DNA from: Hamiltosporidium tvaerminnensis FI-OER-3-3
Taxonomy: Eukaryota; Fungi; Microsporidia
Assembly: GCA_022605425.2 (NCBI GenBank)
Contig: CM061254.1
Coordinates: forward strand, 496,001 to 560,000
Direction: 5' to 3'
Length of the DNA stretch: 64,000 nucleotides
Under the pieces are notes generated by a model. The model saw only the letters and a program-made list of their open reading frames with translations. It ran no database searches and was not told the origin of the DNA. Below, one piece after another: positions 48,713 through 61,449 of this stretch. Each line of letters starts with the position of its first letter. The stretch's first letter is position 1. The translations under genes and the position numbers were made by a program.

Positions 48713-51700
48713 ATGAATACCATAAGAAGTTACAAAGAAAGGAATAGTATGGTTAAAAGATTAATTTCGAAAACTATTGCAGAAAATCTTCCAGTAGAGT
48801 CTGTATTCTATTTATTTAATGAAAATATATTGCAAAACATAGGGAAGACGAGCTTATGTAGGTGGTCCACACTTTTAAAAATATATGAAGATAAGCTTCT
48901 ATCGTATTTAATACTTCATTTTAATAAAAATATACAGATCAAACCATTCGATATAACATATAAACATAAAATTCTCTATATTTTCAAAATATTAATTTTA
49001 ATAATGAAATATACATTTGGACATGAACTGTATGATTTCAATCAATCGATCTATGAGTATACTCATTCTCATGATTTAGATATATCATATCAAGCGCTTT
49101 TATTCTATAATGAACGTTTTACTTTTGATGAAATGAATGCACAAAAATGCATTTCCGATATTTTAAAGGAACATGATAATTCAACATATCTAGAAAGAGA
49201 TTATAGTCTAACTATATATGATGAAAAAATAAAATTTTGGTTGAATTTTCGTATGGAAATGATACAGATAGGAAAATATTGCTTGAGATTCGGGACTTAT
49301 TGACCAAAAATACCAAATTGGGTGTAAAAAATAATATATTTGAAATTCAAAATAAAATTACTAATATTACTTTAAAGATGGCGGAAATTTTAAAATTTGA
49401 GTACTACGAGGAAACCGAATTACAAAAATTACTTGCTTTAGATATTTTATTGACAAATATTCTAAATATATCATTTCACAGTTTCAATGAAAAAATACTT
49501 AGGTACGGGGTCATCTTTTTTATATATTCTGATTGTAATGAGTTTTTTACAAACGCATTATATCTACTTGTTCATGACTCTCTTTACCGTACTCAAAAAT
49601 ATAATAGAATATTTTTAAAGATGAAAATTATGCAGCATATTAGTAAAATGGTTCAAAATGAAAATTTATCCAAGAATATTCGTCATTCTAATAGAAAGAT
49701 TTTTATTTATAATTTCTTAAATATACTCAAAGATTTCCAGAGGAGTGCTCCGTTGATAATATAGAAAATCAAATTAATAAAATTTTAAATACAAGATCTT
49801 TTTGTATTGAAAATATATATCAAAAACTTAATTTAATAATTCAAAAATCAATAGAAAGAGAGATGTTGCTAATTGATTTCAATGAAACTAATTTAAATGA
49901 TTTTATAAAATCCCTTACAAACTTACTTGATACCTTAATATTTTCGCAAAAAAACCATTTGTTTTACAGAAAACTAATAGAAGAAGAAAGTTTTAATTTA
50001 ACAATTATCAATTCCTTCAGATTTCTTGAAACGTTAAGATTTATTAACGAAACTAGAAATGCCGATTTTGCAATAAAAATATTTGTTTCAATTTCCAAAA
50101 CTCTTATTAAAGTTTTGAAAAATGAAAAATGCTTTAGCAGAGATTTAATAGATTTTATAGTAAACGAAACCTTAAACTTTTCTTTAGTTCAAAAACCAGA
50201 AAAATGTAAAGTTTATGAAACAGATTTGTTTTATGAACTTTTCGAATATTAGTTTACGGATGAAATTCCAATTTCCTCATTAAGTTTTGATAACATATAT
50301 TTTTTGCTCAAAAAAATTTTAAAAATTGAAAATAATGAATACAACCTAAACATGGTCGATCATACAATCAAATTTTATTGTACAAACGTTGAATTTTCTT
50401 TGCTTCTCTATAATGACAATCTAAAAGTAAATTTTAACTACGAAATATTCAATATTTGTTTGAAAGATTTAACACATACAACCCTAGGATTAGATTATGT
50501 CATTGAATATATTTGCAATGAAAATAATCGTAAAATAGTAGATTTGGAGCTGTTTGATATACATAAATCAGCTTTTTATGCAAAAAGTTTTGTTAAAAAT
50601 ATTCATAAATATTTTGAAGATAAAAATAAGTTTTTCATTGATATTTTCTTTTATAACGAATTTCACCTGAAAAATCTTTTATCATTTTTGACGAATCTTT
50701 TTAATTATTTCGATATAAATTTGACATTGCAAAATCCAAATTGCATTTATCTATTGATAAAAAGGCCAGAATTTTTATTTTTTTCAGAAGCCAAGTGGCT
50801 TATATGGGATATTGTGAAAAACATTACGATAAAAACATCCCCATCTCAGGATGTTTACGAATTTTTCTTTAAGTTTTTAGAATATACTTTAGAAAGACTT
50901 AGTACTTGTTCATTCGATAAAAGATCCTGCTCCGGGGTTAATGAAAGGGAATTATCAAGTGTGATATGTTACATTATAGATTTTCTAATGTATCTGAATG
51001 ATAATATAAGATTTATTTATGAAATTCATAATCCTAACTCAAAAAATGAAATTCATAAGAAAATTTTCGGAATATTCAAAATAATTTATTCAGGGATTAT
51101 TTGTTGCAAAAATATACCATTTATTGAAAGAGATTTAAACTTTTTAGATCCGAAATAATACCGTGAAAATATTCATAATAGACTGAAAGCAAAAGAAATC
51201 ACAGTAAATAAATTGTACGAAATATGCTATATATCTTTGTTAGGTATTTTACCAAGATTTGGATTCCCATATACCAAGCTTTTATACCATATTTTAATTC
51301 TACCGGATACACAAAATAATTCTATTACAATGTCTAAAGACAGCGAATATGATCCAAACATACTATATTTGTATTATTTGCACATGAAATTCAATTTTAT
51401 TGCTTTGGAATTTTTTTTTAGGACTGTTTTCGATACTTTTCACAAGTTATCAAATATAGCTTTGAAATATTCTGCCGATAATAAATTTTTAGAAGCCGAT
51501 ACAGATAGTATAATATTCAAATCACTTGATCTATTCATGTTCGTAATAAATAATATGAAAGACGCAAATCTTTTGTATTCTTCTTCAAAATATTTTTTGC
51601 AATTCATCGAAGACAATATCAAGATTTTTACAGCCACAATTTTCATGGATTTATTTACCAATAAAATTTTGAAATATTTAGAATTGATAGCAGTTTTGTG

Positions 51701-54700
51701 TGATATTAGACTTTTTGATACAATTACAAGCATAGTTCATAAGATTGATAATAAATCCTTGAAATCTCTACATACGAACAATAAAATAGAAAAAAATACA
51801 CTTTTATATGATTTTTTGTATTTTTCATTTTATAAAATGAAATATTCCGGAATATTTATAAATGGTCAAAATACATGTGAATCGTTATTTTTATTTGTAT
51901 ACAATGAAATCAATGAAAATCCATTATTTATAAGAGATTTATAGTCGGATCATTAGTTAATGATGTTTATTCTCTTTATAATATTTTGATTTCAAATATA
52001 AATACTAATATATCTAAAGATAAAAAATTTCCATATAAAAAAGAAACACTATTTGGTTTTTTTGACATTTATAATTTGATTATACAAGAAGATGCATTTA
52101 TATATGCGATTTCTTTAATTCGGTTATCAGAATTTTCAAATTTATTTACAAAAATGGAATTATATCTTAATTTTGAATTTAAAAGAGTGCTGGATATTTT
52201 TTCCGATAAGAATGATACTCTCGATTTGAATGCAAATCTTTATAATTACTCATATTTGTACTTAAGGTGTATGCTAGAAGATGATATTTATGTTTTGCAT
52301 TCTTTAATGTATATTATTAGAAATTATAGTAATTTATCCGAATCTGTTTTTATATATTTTTATTCAAGACTAATTATTAGGGAAAAGCCGACAAATATAA
52401 GCGAATTTTTTTTAGATGAAAGTGAACTGGATCTAAAGAGAAAAATTATTATTGATGTTTTCAATATTGCAAAGAACGGCGATGGTTTTAAACAACCAAT
52501 ATCACTGCAAATATTAACAGAATTAATTTCAACGTTTCCACCTTTGATATATATTATAGATTTTGTTGATTTAATGAATTTATTCTATAGACTTACAGTC
52601 TATTCGGTGTTTGATGACAAGTTAAATTTTGAAAACCAAGAAATCTGGTATTTAAATTTCAAAGCTGGATATTTTTTTACAATTTTAGTTTATAGATTGG
52701 ATGAAGAGTTTATGTCGAAATTGGTTGTAGGAATTATTGAAAAGCTTTCGACTTCTAACATATATGAAATTTATTCGATCATGTCGTTTTTATACAAGCA
52801 TCTTTTATCAAAAATATGTTGCTGTGGTTATACTCAAGATATTTTTTGTTCAGCTCAAGAATTTTGTGATTCAAACTGTGAAAAATACTTTTTGGAAAGA
52901 AGACTTCGGATTATAGATAAATTTTTGACTCTAGGCTTATTGAATATGTTATTATCAGTATATAACAAACATGAAGTTTTGTATATTTATACAATGAAAA
53001 TTATTGAGTTTGTTATCAATCTAGCAGAAGACAAGAATTATATTTTTAAAAGAAAATTTCTCATGAATGATGCTTTTGTAGCCAGATCTTCAAGCAAAAA
53101 AAATATTTTTATTCCAAATTTTCTCGAAGAAAGTGTTTTAAATACAATTAAACAGATTGAATTGGATAATGATGGAAAAATAAAAGAAACAAGTGTTGTT
53201 AAAATTCGGCATAATAATTGCTCGCAGCTAGATTTTGGTTAAAAAGCAAGAAACCATCTACCCGGTTGTAATTATCGATTTCTTTATATTTTTATAACCT
53301 CTGATGCCAAAATGAGAATATCGAAATACAATTTTGTGATTAAAAAATTTGCTTCATCTGATTTATTCATAAATAAGTTTGGGCAAAACTTCGATAAATT
53401 AAAGTTCATGAAAATAATTTCGGATTATGATTTTCCCGATCTTTTTTTGCTAGATTTGGCAAAGGAACTTGGATTAGAAACGTTTATATTGCCCGGATCT
53501 AAACAACATTACAAATTTCCCCCTAAAAAAAATATTTAAGCAAAAGTTTAGCATATTATTCTGAGAATAACACAGATAGTTCTTCTTTATTAGATGAAGA
53601 CCATTTGATTTCAGAAAAACCTTCTAGATTTGCGACTATTTTAACGATAAAACAATTTGCAGAAATATTTTTATGTTTGTTAGTAAAAAATAAAAAGATA
53701 TATCACACATCTTCTATAAAAATTCTTAAAAAAATTGGTGATTTTTGCATTAGAAACAACTTAAAAGCGGAGTTCTATCTTATTCTTACTAAAAATATAA
53801 AATCTTACAAATCGGAAGTAAAAGATGAAATCACGTTAAAAAAGCTGGAAATAATCGATATTATTTTTGAAGAAATTAATTTTATAGAAATATTTAATTC
53901 AGATTTTCTTACAATTGAAATATTAATGGTGATTGTTAAAATTTTTACGCATGATAATCCGAGTATTTTTAATAAAGATTCGGATTTAAAAAATTTAATA
54001 CAATTTATTTTTATAGAAAGAGATTGTTCGAGGTGTTACTTAATCAATAATATAATCTAAACATGGATGATATTAATTTTATATATTCTAACCTTAGTTT
54101 ATATATTGCTCTTGAATCAGTCCTTTTATTTACCAAGATAATGAAAAATATGGTTTTTAGTGAACTTTTCGATTCCATTGATTACAATGCACATAACTCA
54201 AATACTTTATATCTCCAAGGTTTTGAGAACCTGGTTTGTGATCTAGAAAACTTTTTTGTTCAATTATCTTTAAATTCCGTCGATTATATACGGTCATATT
54301 TTACTGAAATATCTAGAATTCTTTTGCACAGCACCTTCATAACATTTTTAGAAGATAAAGCTTTATATTCTGATTATTTATTTAATTTATATAATAAATT
54401 AATTTTAAAAACCAGCATAGTATATATAAAAACCAGAAATAATGTATTTGAAAATGAAATTTATAGGATGAAACGAAGTAATTTTATCTTTAGCGATTTT
54501 TTATGTCTTTTATTTGATATTAAAGATCTAAATTTTAGCGGAGAAACACATTCAAGACTGGCTTTCAGCAAGTTGAATAGCTTATATTGCTTTATAGAGA
54601 AAATTTACAAACACAAAGGAAATGGGCTAAAGTCTTTGGATTTTTTTTATTCTACCGATTTGACTACGAAGTTAAGCATTATCAAGATGAAAAATATGAA

Positions 54701-55772
54701 AAACATCCATTTTAAAATACAACATTTATCTTTTGAATTAGACCGGAGAGATATATTAAATTCAACCTTGAATTCCATTTGCAAATTTGATAAAAAAAAT
54801 TTAAAAACCGATATTTGGCACATAAAATTTATATCTGAATTGGGAGAAGGTGTGGGCCTTAGTTATGATTTTTTGACTTTATTTGGAAGGGCAATTGATA
54901 AATGTCTATTTTTTGAATCATTCAAAAACTTAGATTTTTATGATATGTATAAGCTTAAACACGAAGATGACCAATATATAAAAAATTTTACTTTTATACT
55001 GGTCTAATTATGGCGAAAAGTATAATGATGAATGCAACTTTGGGATTCCAATTCATTGATTCCTTTATTTTTATCTACTCAAGGACAAATTTACAGTTGA
55101 GGATCTTAAACTCGTTGATAATGAATTCTATAGAAATATTATAAAATCTAGAGATGTAAAAAATATCTCATCACTTGAATTGACATACAGTATTTCTTTC
55201 GGTAATTCTGCAAATACTTTAGAATTTATTCCAGATGGTAGTAATATATCAGTTACCAATTCAAATATAGAAGATTATTTGCAGATAATTACAGAATTTA
55301 AACTTTTTAAGAATATGATTGTCTATTTAGAAGAATTGAAAAGAGGCTTTAAAGTTATTAGGATGATTATTTGAGTGATATTTTTACTTTGGAAGAGCTA
55401 AAACTGTTAATTGAGGGATTTGAAAAAATCGATGTTGATGCTTGGATTTCCGCGACGAAATATTCAAAAGAATTTCACATAAATCATAAAGTTATAATTT
55501 GGTTTTGGGAATTTATCCGAGAATCGTGTGTTGAAACACAGAAAAGGATTTTATATTTTGTGACTGGTCTTGAAAAAATACCAATAGGCGGATTTGATTC
55601 TTCCAAATTTCAAAGAAATCCCTTTACAATTGAATCATCAACTTCAATTAATTTACTTCCACGTTCCCAGACATGTATAAATTTACTTTTTATTCCATTA
55701 TATGAAGATAAGGAAACTTTAATTGATAAATTTCTTATCGCAATAGAATGTAAAGAATATGGCAGTATCTAA
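48713..55772 (+). pseudogene. Giant (~2350-codon) Tom1/HUWE1-like HECT E3 ligase, fragmented
   Basis: Eleven consecutive co-oriented ORFs. C-terminal HECT: IKFISELGEGVGLSYDF, FIPDGSNISVT, VIIWFWE, ILYFVTG..KIPIGGF, LPRSQTCINLL. Both in-frame stops and frameshifts. Likely start at 48713 after aaattcaccct. Confidence 0.8.
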
Positions 55773-58700
55773 AGAAAAAAAAATTGCAAAATATTTCTAA
55801 CAAAAAGAAATTGATTTGATGAAATTTTTATTAAAAATTATTTAAATTTATTTTAAATTATTTGCATCTTGAAAATCTTTTTTTTTATGAGATATAACAT
55901 TTTTATTAATACATAATCATTCTTTTAGAGTTTTTGGATTTTTGAACGTAACTGTATTTAGATATTTCTTTGTGTGTTTATTCTTCTTCTGTATTCGAGT
56001 CCGGGGTCTAATTATACTTTCGACTTATGCACTATTTAAAAAAATTTTGTAATCTGTGTACTTAATAGCTTTTCTTTTATGTATTTTTAAATCATAAACC
56101 AATGGTTTATCTATATTTTGCATTCTGATGATACACCTTCGTATTGATTGGTATTTAGTCTTAATAGAATTTTCCTCTTAGACCCAAGTTATAGATTCGT
56201 TGTTTTAAGGTACTATCGAATAAATAATTGTTTCTATTTTTAGAAGCATTCCTGTTTTTTTAGAATACACTACAAAGTATTAAGTTACAATTTCATTCAG
56301 AATATCTCAAAAATAAATATCATAAAACTTCAATTATAATAACACATAAATGTTTTTTTAGATGAAAGTGTTCTAACATCTTTCCGTTTCATTAATTGAA
56401 GCGAACTTTGGTAAGAAATCTCGATCTCGGATACTATTTCTTTTTAATTCCTTGCTCAGATCATATCAGTCTTAATAATTAAATTGTACATTTGATCTGT
56501 ATCAGTGTCACCCTTCATTTCCAGATACCAATTTTCAAAAATTGCCGAAAAATTGGCTTGTAGCGCCCATCAAACCAGGATATATTTCCTTAAAAACCCG
56601 ACATATTCAATGATTCATCTTTTGATAAATCTATTATGGTAATGTGTCAACTTACTTTTAAAAATTAAATAATCTTCTGGGTGCTTTCTTAAATTTCTTC
56701 AATGATTGCATTTTCTTTCTACCAACCGGAATTTATTTCATTATAATGCAGACATACGACTATCGAATTTAAGATATACCATTTCCTGCTTTATAATATA
56801 AATGATTTTAACTACCTCATTATTCCTAGATTTGTATGGCTTAAATGATTTTTTTGTTCTTTCGAGGTATAATTTCACTATTCTAGTAACCACTAAATCT
56901 GTCTCATAGTTATACTACGCAATTATATATTTACTTTGTTAAAAAATTTCATGTTTCCGATAAAATTAACTCTTTTTTTCTAGAATGAACCTTGCGCTTT
57001 TCCCGTAAACATTTTTCTAAAATCTTTATAGATTATCATAATAATTGTCGTATTTCAAAACATCCTCTCATTTCATAGTGCTCGCTTTAGTTTATATAAT
57101 TACTAAAACAAAAAGATCATTTATAAAAACATATAGACTTGGTCAAAAAAATTACAAACATCTATAATATCAAGTAAAATCGAATAAATTTTGAGTTTTC
57201 TGGGTTTCTGTGTATTCTGATGGAATTTTTACAATTTCCGTCTTTTTAAATACATTGAATAATCTGTTTTTTATGGTGTTCTTGAATGCCAATATTTGTA
57301 AAACAGTTTGCGTGTATAAAAAAATAAAATATTTTTGACTTAAAGTCAAAATTTTTCAGTATATTTTATTTTGTTGTGCAGTTATGTATAGCATCTTAGA
57401 ATATTATGATGCAAAAATATAACATCAAAGATTTTATAACATATTTGCAATTACTCTTTTAATCATCTCTAAATGAACGTGCGGATGAACAGAAAAGCGC
57501 ATTAAACAGAAAACGTACTCGTTTGTAGTATAAAAATGACGAATTTTTTTTTTACAAAAAACCGGATAACATAATGTTAAGAATGATTTTCATGTTGTTA
57601 TTAGCAATCAAAATGATGATTAGAACAGAGTATGGAAGTGGCTACATTTTAATCACACGTACAATTGCTCTAACAAACAAACCTACCGTTTAGTGCCACC
57701 AGGTACCGTAAATGATTATGAAAATATATAGGTAAGTGTAGAAATATGGCTCTCAAAAGAATTGAAAGCACCAATTCCCAGCATATAAATTTTGCTTATA
57801 ATAATGGAAATATGGGATAAAATTGATTTTAACTCTATTCCTATAGCTCTAAAGAATTCGTTTTGCGTATGTGCTGATGATAAAACATATATAAATAGGT
57901 TTGTTACATAACTATACTATTTTAATAGTCAGAAACATGCGAGTAAATGAAAAAACAAACATATTAGAAGAAAGAGATTAAAGAAATAGAATAATGAATT
58001 TCTATTTTTTTTGATATTTTAAGATCTTTTTCTAGATTTTATTCATTTTTCGTGTTTATCTTGACATCTTAGGTCGAATTTTTTTATTTTTTTTAAATAT
58101 TTTAACATATTGGACCTATAATTTTATTTTATCTTATTATACATTATTTCCATAGTTAGCTAATCAATTATCTTCGAATTTCCTAAAATACTCTTTCCCG
58201 CCAAAAAAATGCAAAAATACATATTTTTTCAAATTACTCTCATCTTAATACAAACAGAAAATTTCACGTTGCTTATCATTAACCAATGATTAACCAAAAT
58301 AATGGGGCCGAAATGGGGGCTCATTTTAAATTACGACATTAACTAAGACGAAACAATCGAAGATTAAAAAACATATTAGATTCTAACACGAACTAATAGC
58401 TAAAATAACACTTTATTACATTGATGCAATGAATAAATAATTGTGATGATGGGTTTTAAACAATAAAAAATATGCCTTTTATTCCCCTGATTTTTATAAA
58501 ATGAAAACAACAGTTTTGAAAGTAAAATTGCCTTGATTTCAAATATTCGAATTAATTAATGATATCAAAAAACAATAAGACAAAAACACGGATCGTTTTA
58601 CTTCTCGTCAAATATGTTATTTTCTGCGTAAAAAAACTAATTATAATTTCATGAAAAATAAATTCTTCCTTAAATATATTCTAAACTCGATAAAATATTT

Positions 58701-58809
58701 ATACATCAGAAAGAATTTTATTTACAAACTACAGTTCATACGAAAAGTAATTTTTTAAAGCATTCTATCTCATAAACCAATTCAATGACTATACAAATTT
58801 TGAAAACCT

Positions 58810-59495
58810 AACAGTGTAATCTATTCCTACATGACATAAATGCAGTTCTAACCTTAACATGAGAAAGTGATCCCCTGAATCTCCATCAGTATCTCCTAAG
58901 ATACTACATCTCAAACCTTTTCATCCAAAAAGTGGGTGGAACCGGAAAATGTGCGAAACATTTGCCTAGAGTTCGTTAATGCATGTTACATAGAGTATGA
59001 TCACAGGCTAAAACCTACCCTGAATCCCTCTAGATTATGCAGTATTCCCGCCTGCTCAAAAATTTCCGAACTAAATATACTTTAATTTATGATGCATCTC
59101 GGCGACTTAAATAGATGTATCAAGATGCTCATTATCATGCCAACATTTATAACCAGCTACTTAATATTTATGGCTTTCTATAAAGAAGTTTTTTCCGTAT
59201 TTCCTATTGGGATAATATTTTAACCCGAGTGAGAAAGGCTATGTTTTCTTGTATTTATATGACAATTATCTATTAGTTCAGCTGTTGTTCCTAATCCAGT
59301 TCTTTAAAAACAAAACCAATATCTTTACAGTAATAAGTTAACTGTTTTGTATATTTTCTCGTTCATATCAAATTCCAACCCAACAACCGAAAATTTATTG
59401 CGGCTTTCATTTCTTTTAATGGTCAAACAACGATCTAACACCGATTCTACACAACAATTGACAAGCAGATCGTTTTTAACGAGGCTATTCTCTCT
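58810..59495 (-). repeat. Dispersed repeat copy F
   Basis: catgacataaatgcagttcta, actacatctcaaaccttt, taacccgagtgagaaagg. Proximal half near-identical to copy C. Confidence 0.75.
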
Positions 59496-61449
59496 TCAAA
59501 ATGAAACTAATGATAGAATAAAAAAAATACAAAAATTATAAAAAATTTATTCTTAATAATTGTACAAAAATACCCTCTTATAATATACATAGCTATTATT
59601 ACATTAAAAATTTATAAGATTCTTTAATTACATTACTCTTGGCTTAATAACTCTTTTTATACATTTTTTACTTAAGATCTTCCTTCATATTCGTCCATCA
59701 TTTTTGTATAAAATTCTACTTTCTTTATATTTCCTATTTCATTATAATACTCACATAGAAAAACACAAATCTTATAAATATCCTCTTTCCTTTCTTTAGA
59801 CTCATCAACATATTTTTCATAATAAATTACTGCTTCATAATATCTTTTTTCGTTTTTATAAAGATCAGCTATCATTAAATACCCATCAATATCCCCTAAG
59901 GTGGTAGCTTTTAAAAAACAAGAAACAGATTCTTCAATAGAATTACAAAGTAATTTTACCTGTCCAAGACATAACCATATATAAGAATCATCTGGTTTTA
60001 ATTCAGAAGCTTTTATATAAAAATATGAAGAATATTCTTTTAAAGAAAGTGATAAATATACTTTTCCTAATCCATACCATGCTCTATAATCAGTTTTATT
60101 ATATTTTAATGCTTTATTGTAACTGTAAATAGCCATATTATATTCTTTTAATTCCATATATTCGTGTCCAATCAGGGTATAAACAGAAGTAAAAGTAGGT
60201 GAAAAAGTAATAGCCTTTTTAAAATATTCTATAGCATTTTCATGGTTACCTTTTAATGAGTAATAGTTAGCTATAACACACATTGTTTCAGGTCTTTCTG
60301 GATTTAATTCTACACATTTTGTTGTGAGACTTGCTAGTTGTTTTATATCATTTTTTATATATAAAATATTAGAAAAAAGATCGTAAAAATCCAAATTTAA
60401 AGGAAAATTATTTTGTATAAAATTGAATAGAAGAATACTTTTATCAAATTCTTTTAAATAATAGAAAGTGGCTGCAAGAAGTGCAATTTTAAATGGAATA
60501 GTATTATAGTTATTTATATTAATCGATTCGTTAGATTTTTCTAGTTTTTCAGTTGAATACGTTTTATTATAATTTGTTTCTTTATTATAATTAATCATTT
60601 CTTCATTAGAATATATTTTATTATTATCAATTATTTCTAATGAATTTTCTTCTAAATATTTCATTTCATTAAAATTAAAATTTATCTCTGATGTGTTTAT
60701 ATCAAATTTGTTTTTTATTTCAAAATTATTATTTTCTTGTGATGGATTTATTGATAGAATAAGTTGAAGAGAACTTATAAGAAACTTTATAGAATTTTTA
60801 AGTAGGTTAGAAGGGTTGATAGAATGTGTATAGGAATACAGTACAAATATATGAAATATTGGGGTGTGTGGTATTTCCAATAAAGATATATCACTATATA
60901 AAAGAAGTAAGTAGGGGTCCCAGAAATATGGATTTATATTAATACAACGACATAAAATTTTTTCTTTATGTTTCTGTTTATTTGTACATAGGGCATGTAT
61001 ATAAAGAAGATAAGAATCTGTAGGTGGTGGTGTATTATGAACAATAAATGATTTCAAACCTTGTCTCTCTCTATCTTTGTATAAAGATATGTTTCTATAA
61101 TAGTTGTATATTGGAGTACAACAATTACAAAATATAATTTCTTCTGGATATTTTTTACTTTCTATACACAATAAAAAACCATAAAGTTTTCTGTATTCTT
61201 TTACTTCAAATAATGATTTACAATATATTTCTTTATCTGTATAAGAAATTGTTATTGGAGTTGAGAATCCTATTTTTGTAATAAATTGAATTGAATTGTT
61301 CAAAGATCTTTTATAAAGATCTATTAAAGTTTGTTGTAATGGTTTCTGTTCTAACATATAAGGGGTTTTTAATGATCCTAAATAAAATGCTGAACGAAAA
61401 CCAATGAGGTATATAAATGATTATAGAAAAAAATAGGATTTGTGAAACC
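59143..61449 (-). repeat. ~2.3-kb inverted segmental duplication of ~25436-27725
   Basis: Near-identity covers the CDC23 promoter, CDS, 3' flank and half of the dispersed repeat. Confidence 0.92.
59672..61357 (-). CDS. CDC23: Anaphase-promoting complex subunit 8 (Cdc23), copy 2 (561 aa)
   Basis: Differs from copy 1 by ~7 substitutions and a 6-aa indel (EIKNKF). Confidence 0.93.
   Translation of the reverse strand: MLEQKPLQQTLIDLYKRSLNNSIQFITKIGFSTPITISYTDKEIYCKSLFEVKEYRKLYGFLLCIESKKYPEEIIFCNCCTPIYNYYRNISLYKDRERQGLKSFIVHNTPPPTDSYLLYIHALCTNKQKHKEKILCRCININPYFWDPYLLLLYSDISLLEIPHTPIFHIFVLYSYTHSINPSNLLKNSIKFLISSLQLILSINPSQENNNFEIKNKFDINTSEINFNFNEMKYLEENSLEIIDNNKIYSNEEMINYNKETNYNKTYSTEKLEKSNESININNYNTIPFKIALLAATFYYLKEFDKSILLFNFIQNNFPLNLDFYDLFSNILYIKNDIKQLASLTTKCVELNPERPETMCVIANYYSLKGNHENAIEYFKKAITFSPTFTSVYTLIGHEYMELKEYNMAIYSYNKALKYNKTDYRAWYGLGKVYLSLSLKEYSSYFYIKASELKPDDSYIWLCLGQVKLLCNSIEESVSCFLKATTLGDIDGYLMIADLYKNEKRYYEAVIYYEKYVDESKERKEDIYKICVFLCEYYNEIGNIKKVEFYTKMMDEYEGRS

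Noticed and set aside
36547-55772. Stop-codon reassignment or read-through to explain in-frame TAA/TAG/TGA in the HECT genes
   Set aside because: Intact genes terminate with all three stops (TAA Cdt1 and UBA3, TAG NEDD8, TGA RPS26). The broken genes also have frameshifts, and at least one stop replaces a conserved Trp.
56130-57300. Faint similarity to the R4 RLE 3' region, or a decayed minus-strand gene
   Set aside because: Too degenerate to support by eye
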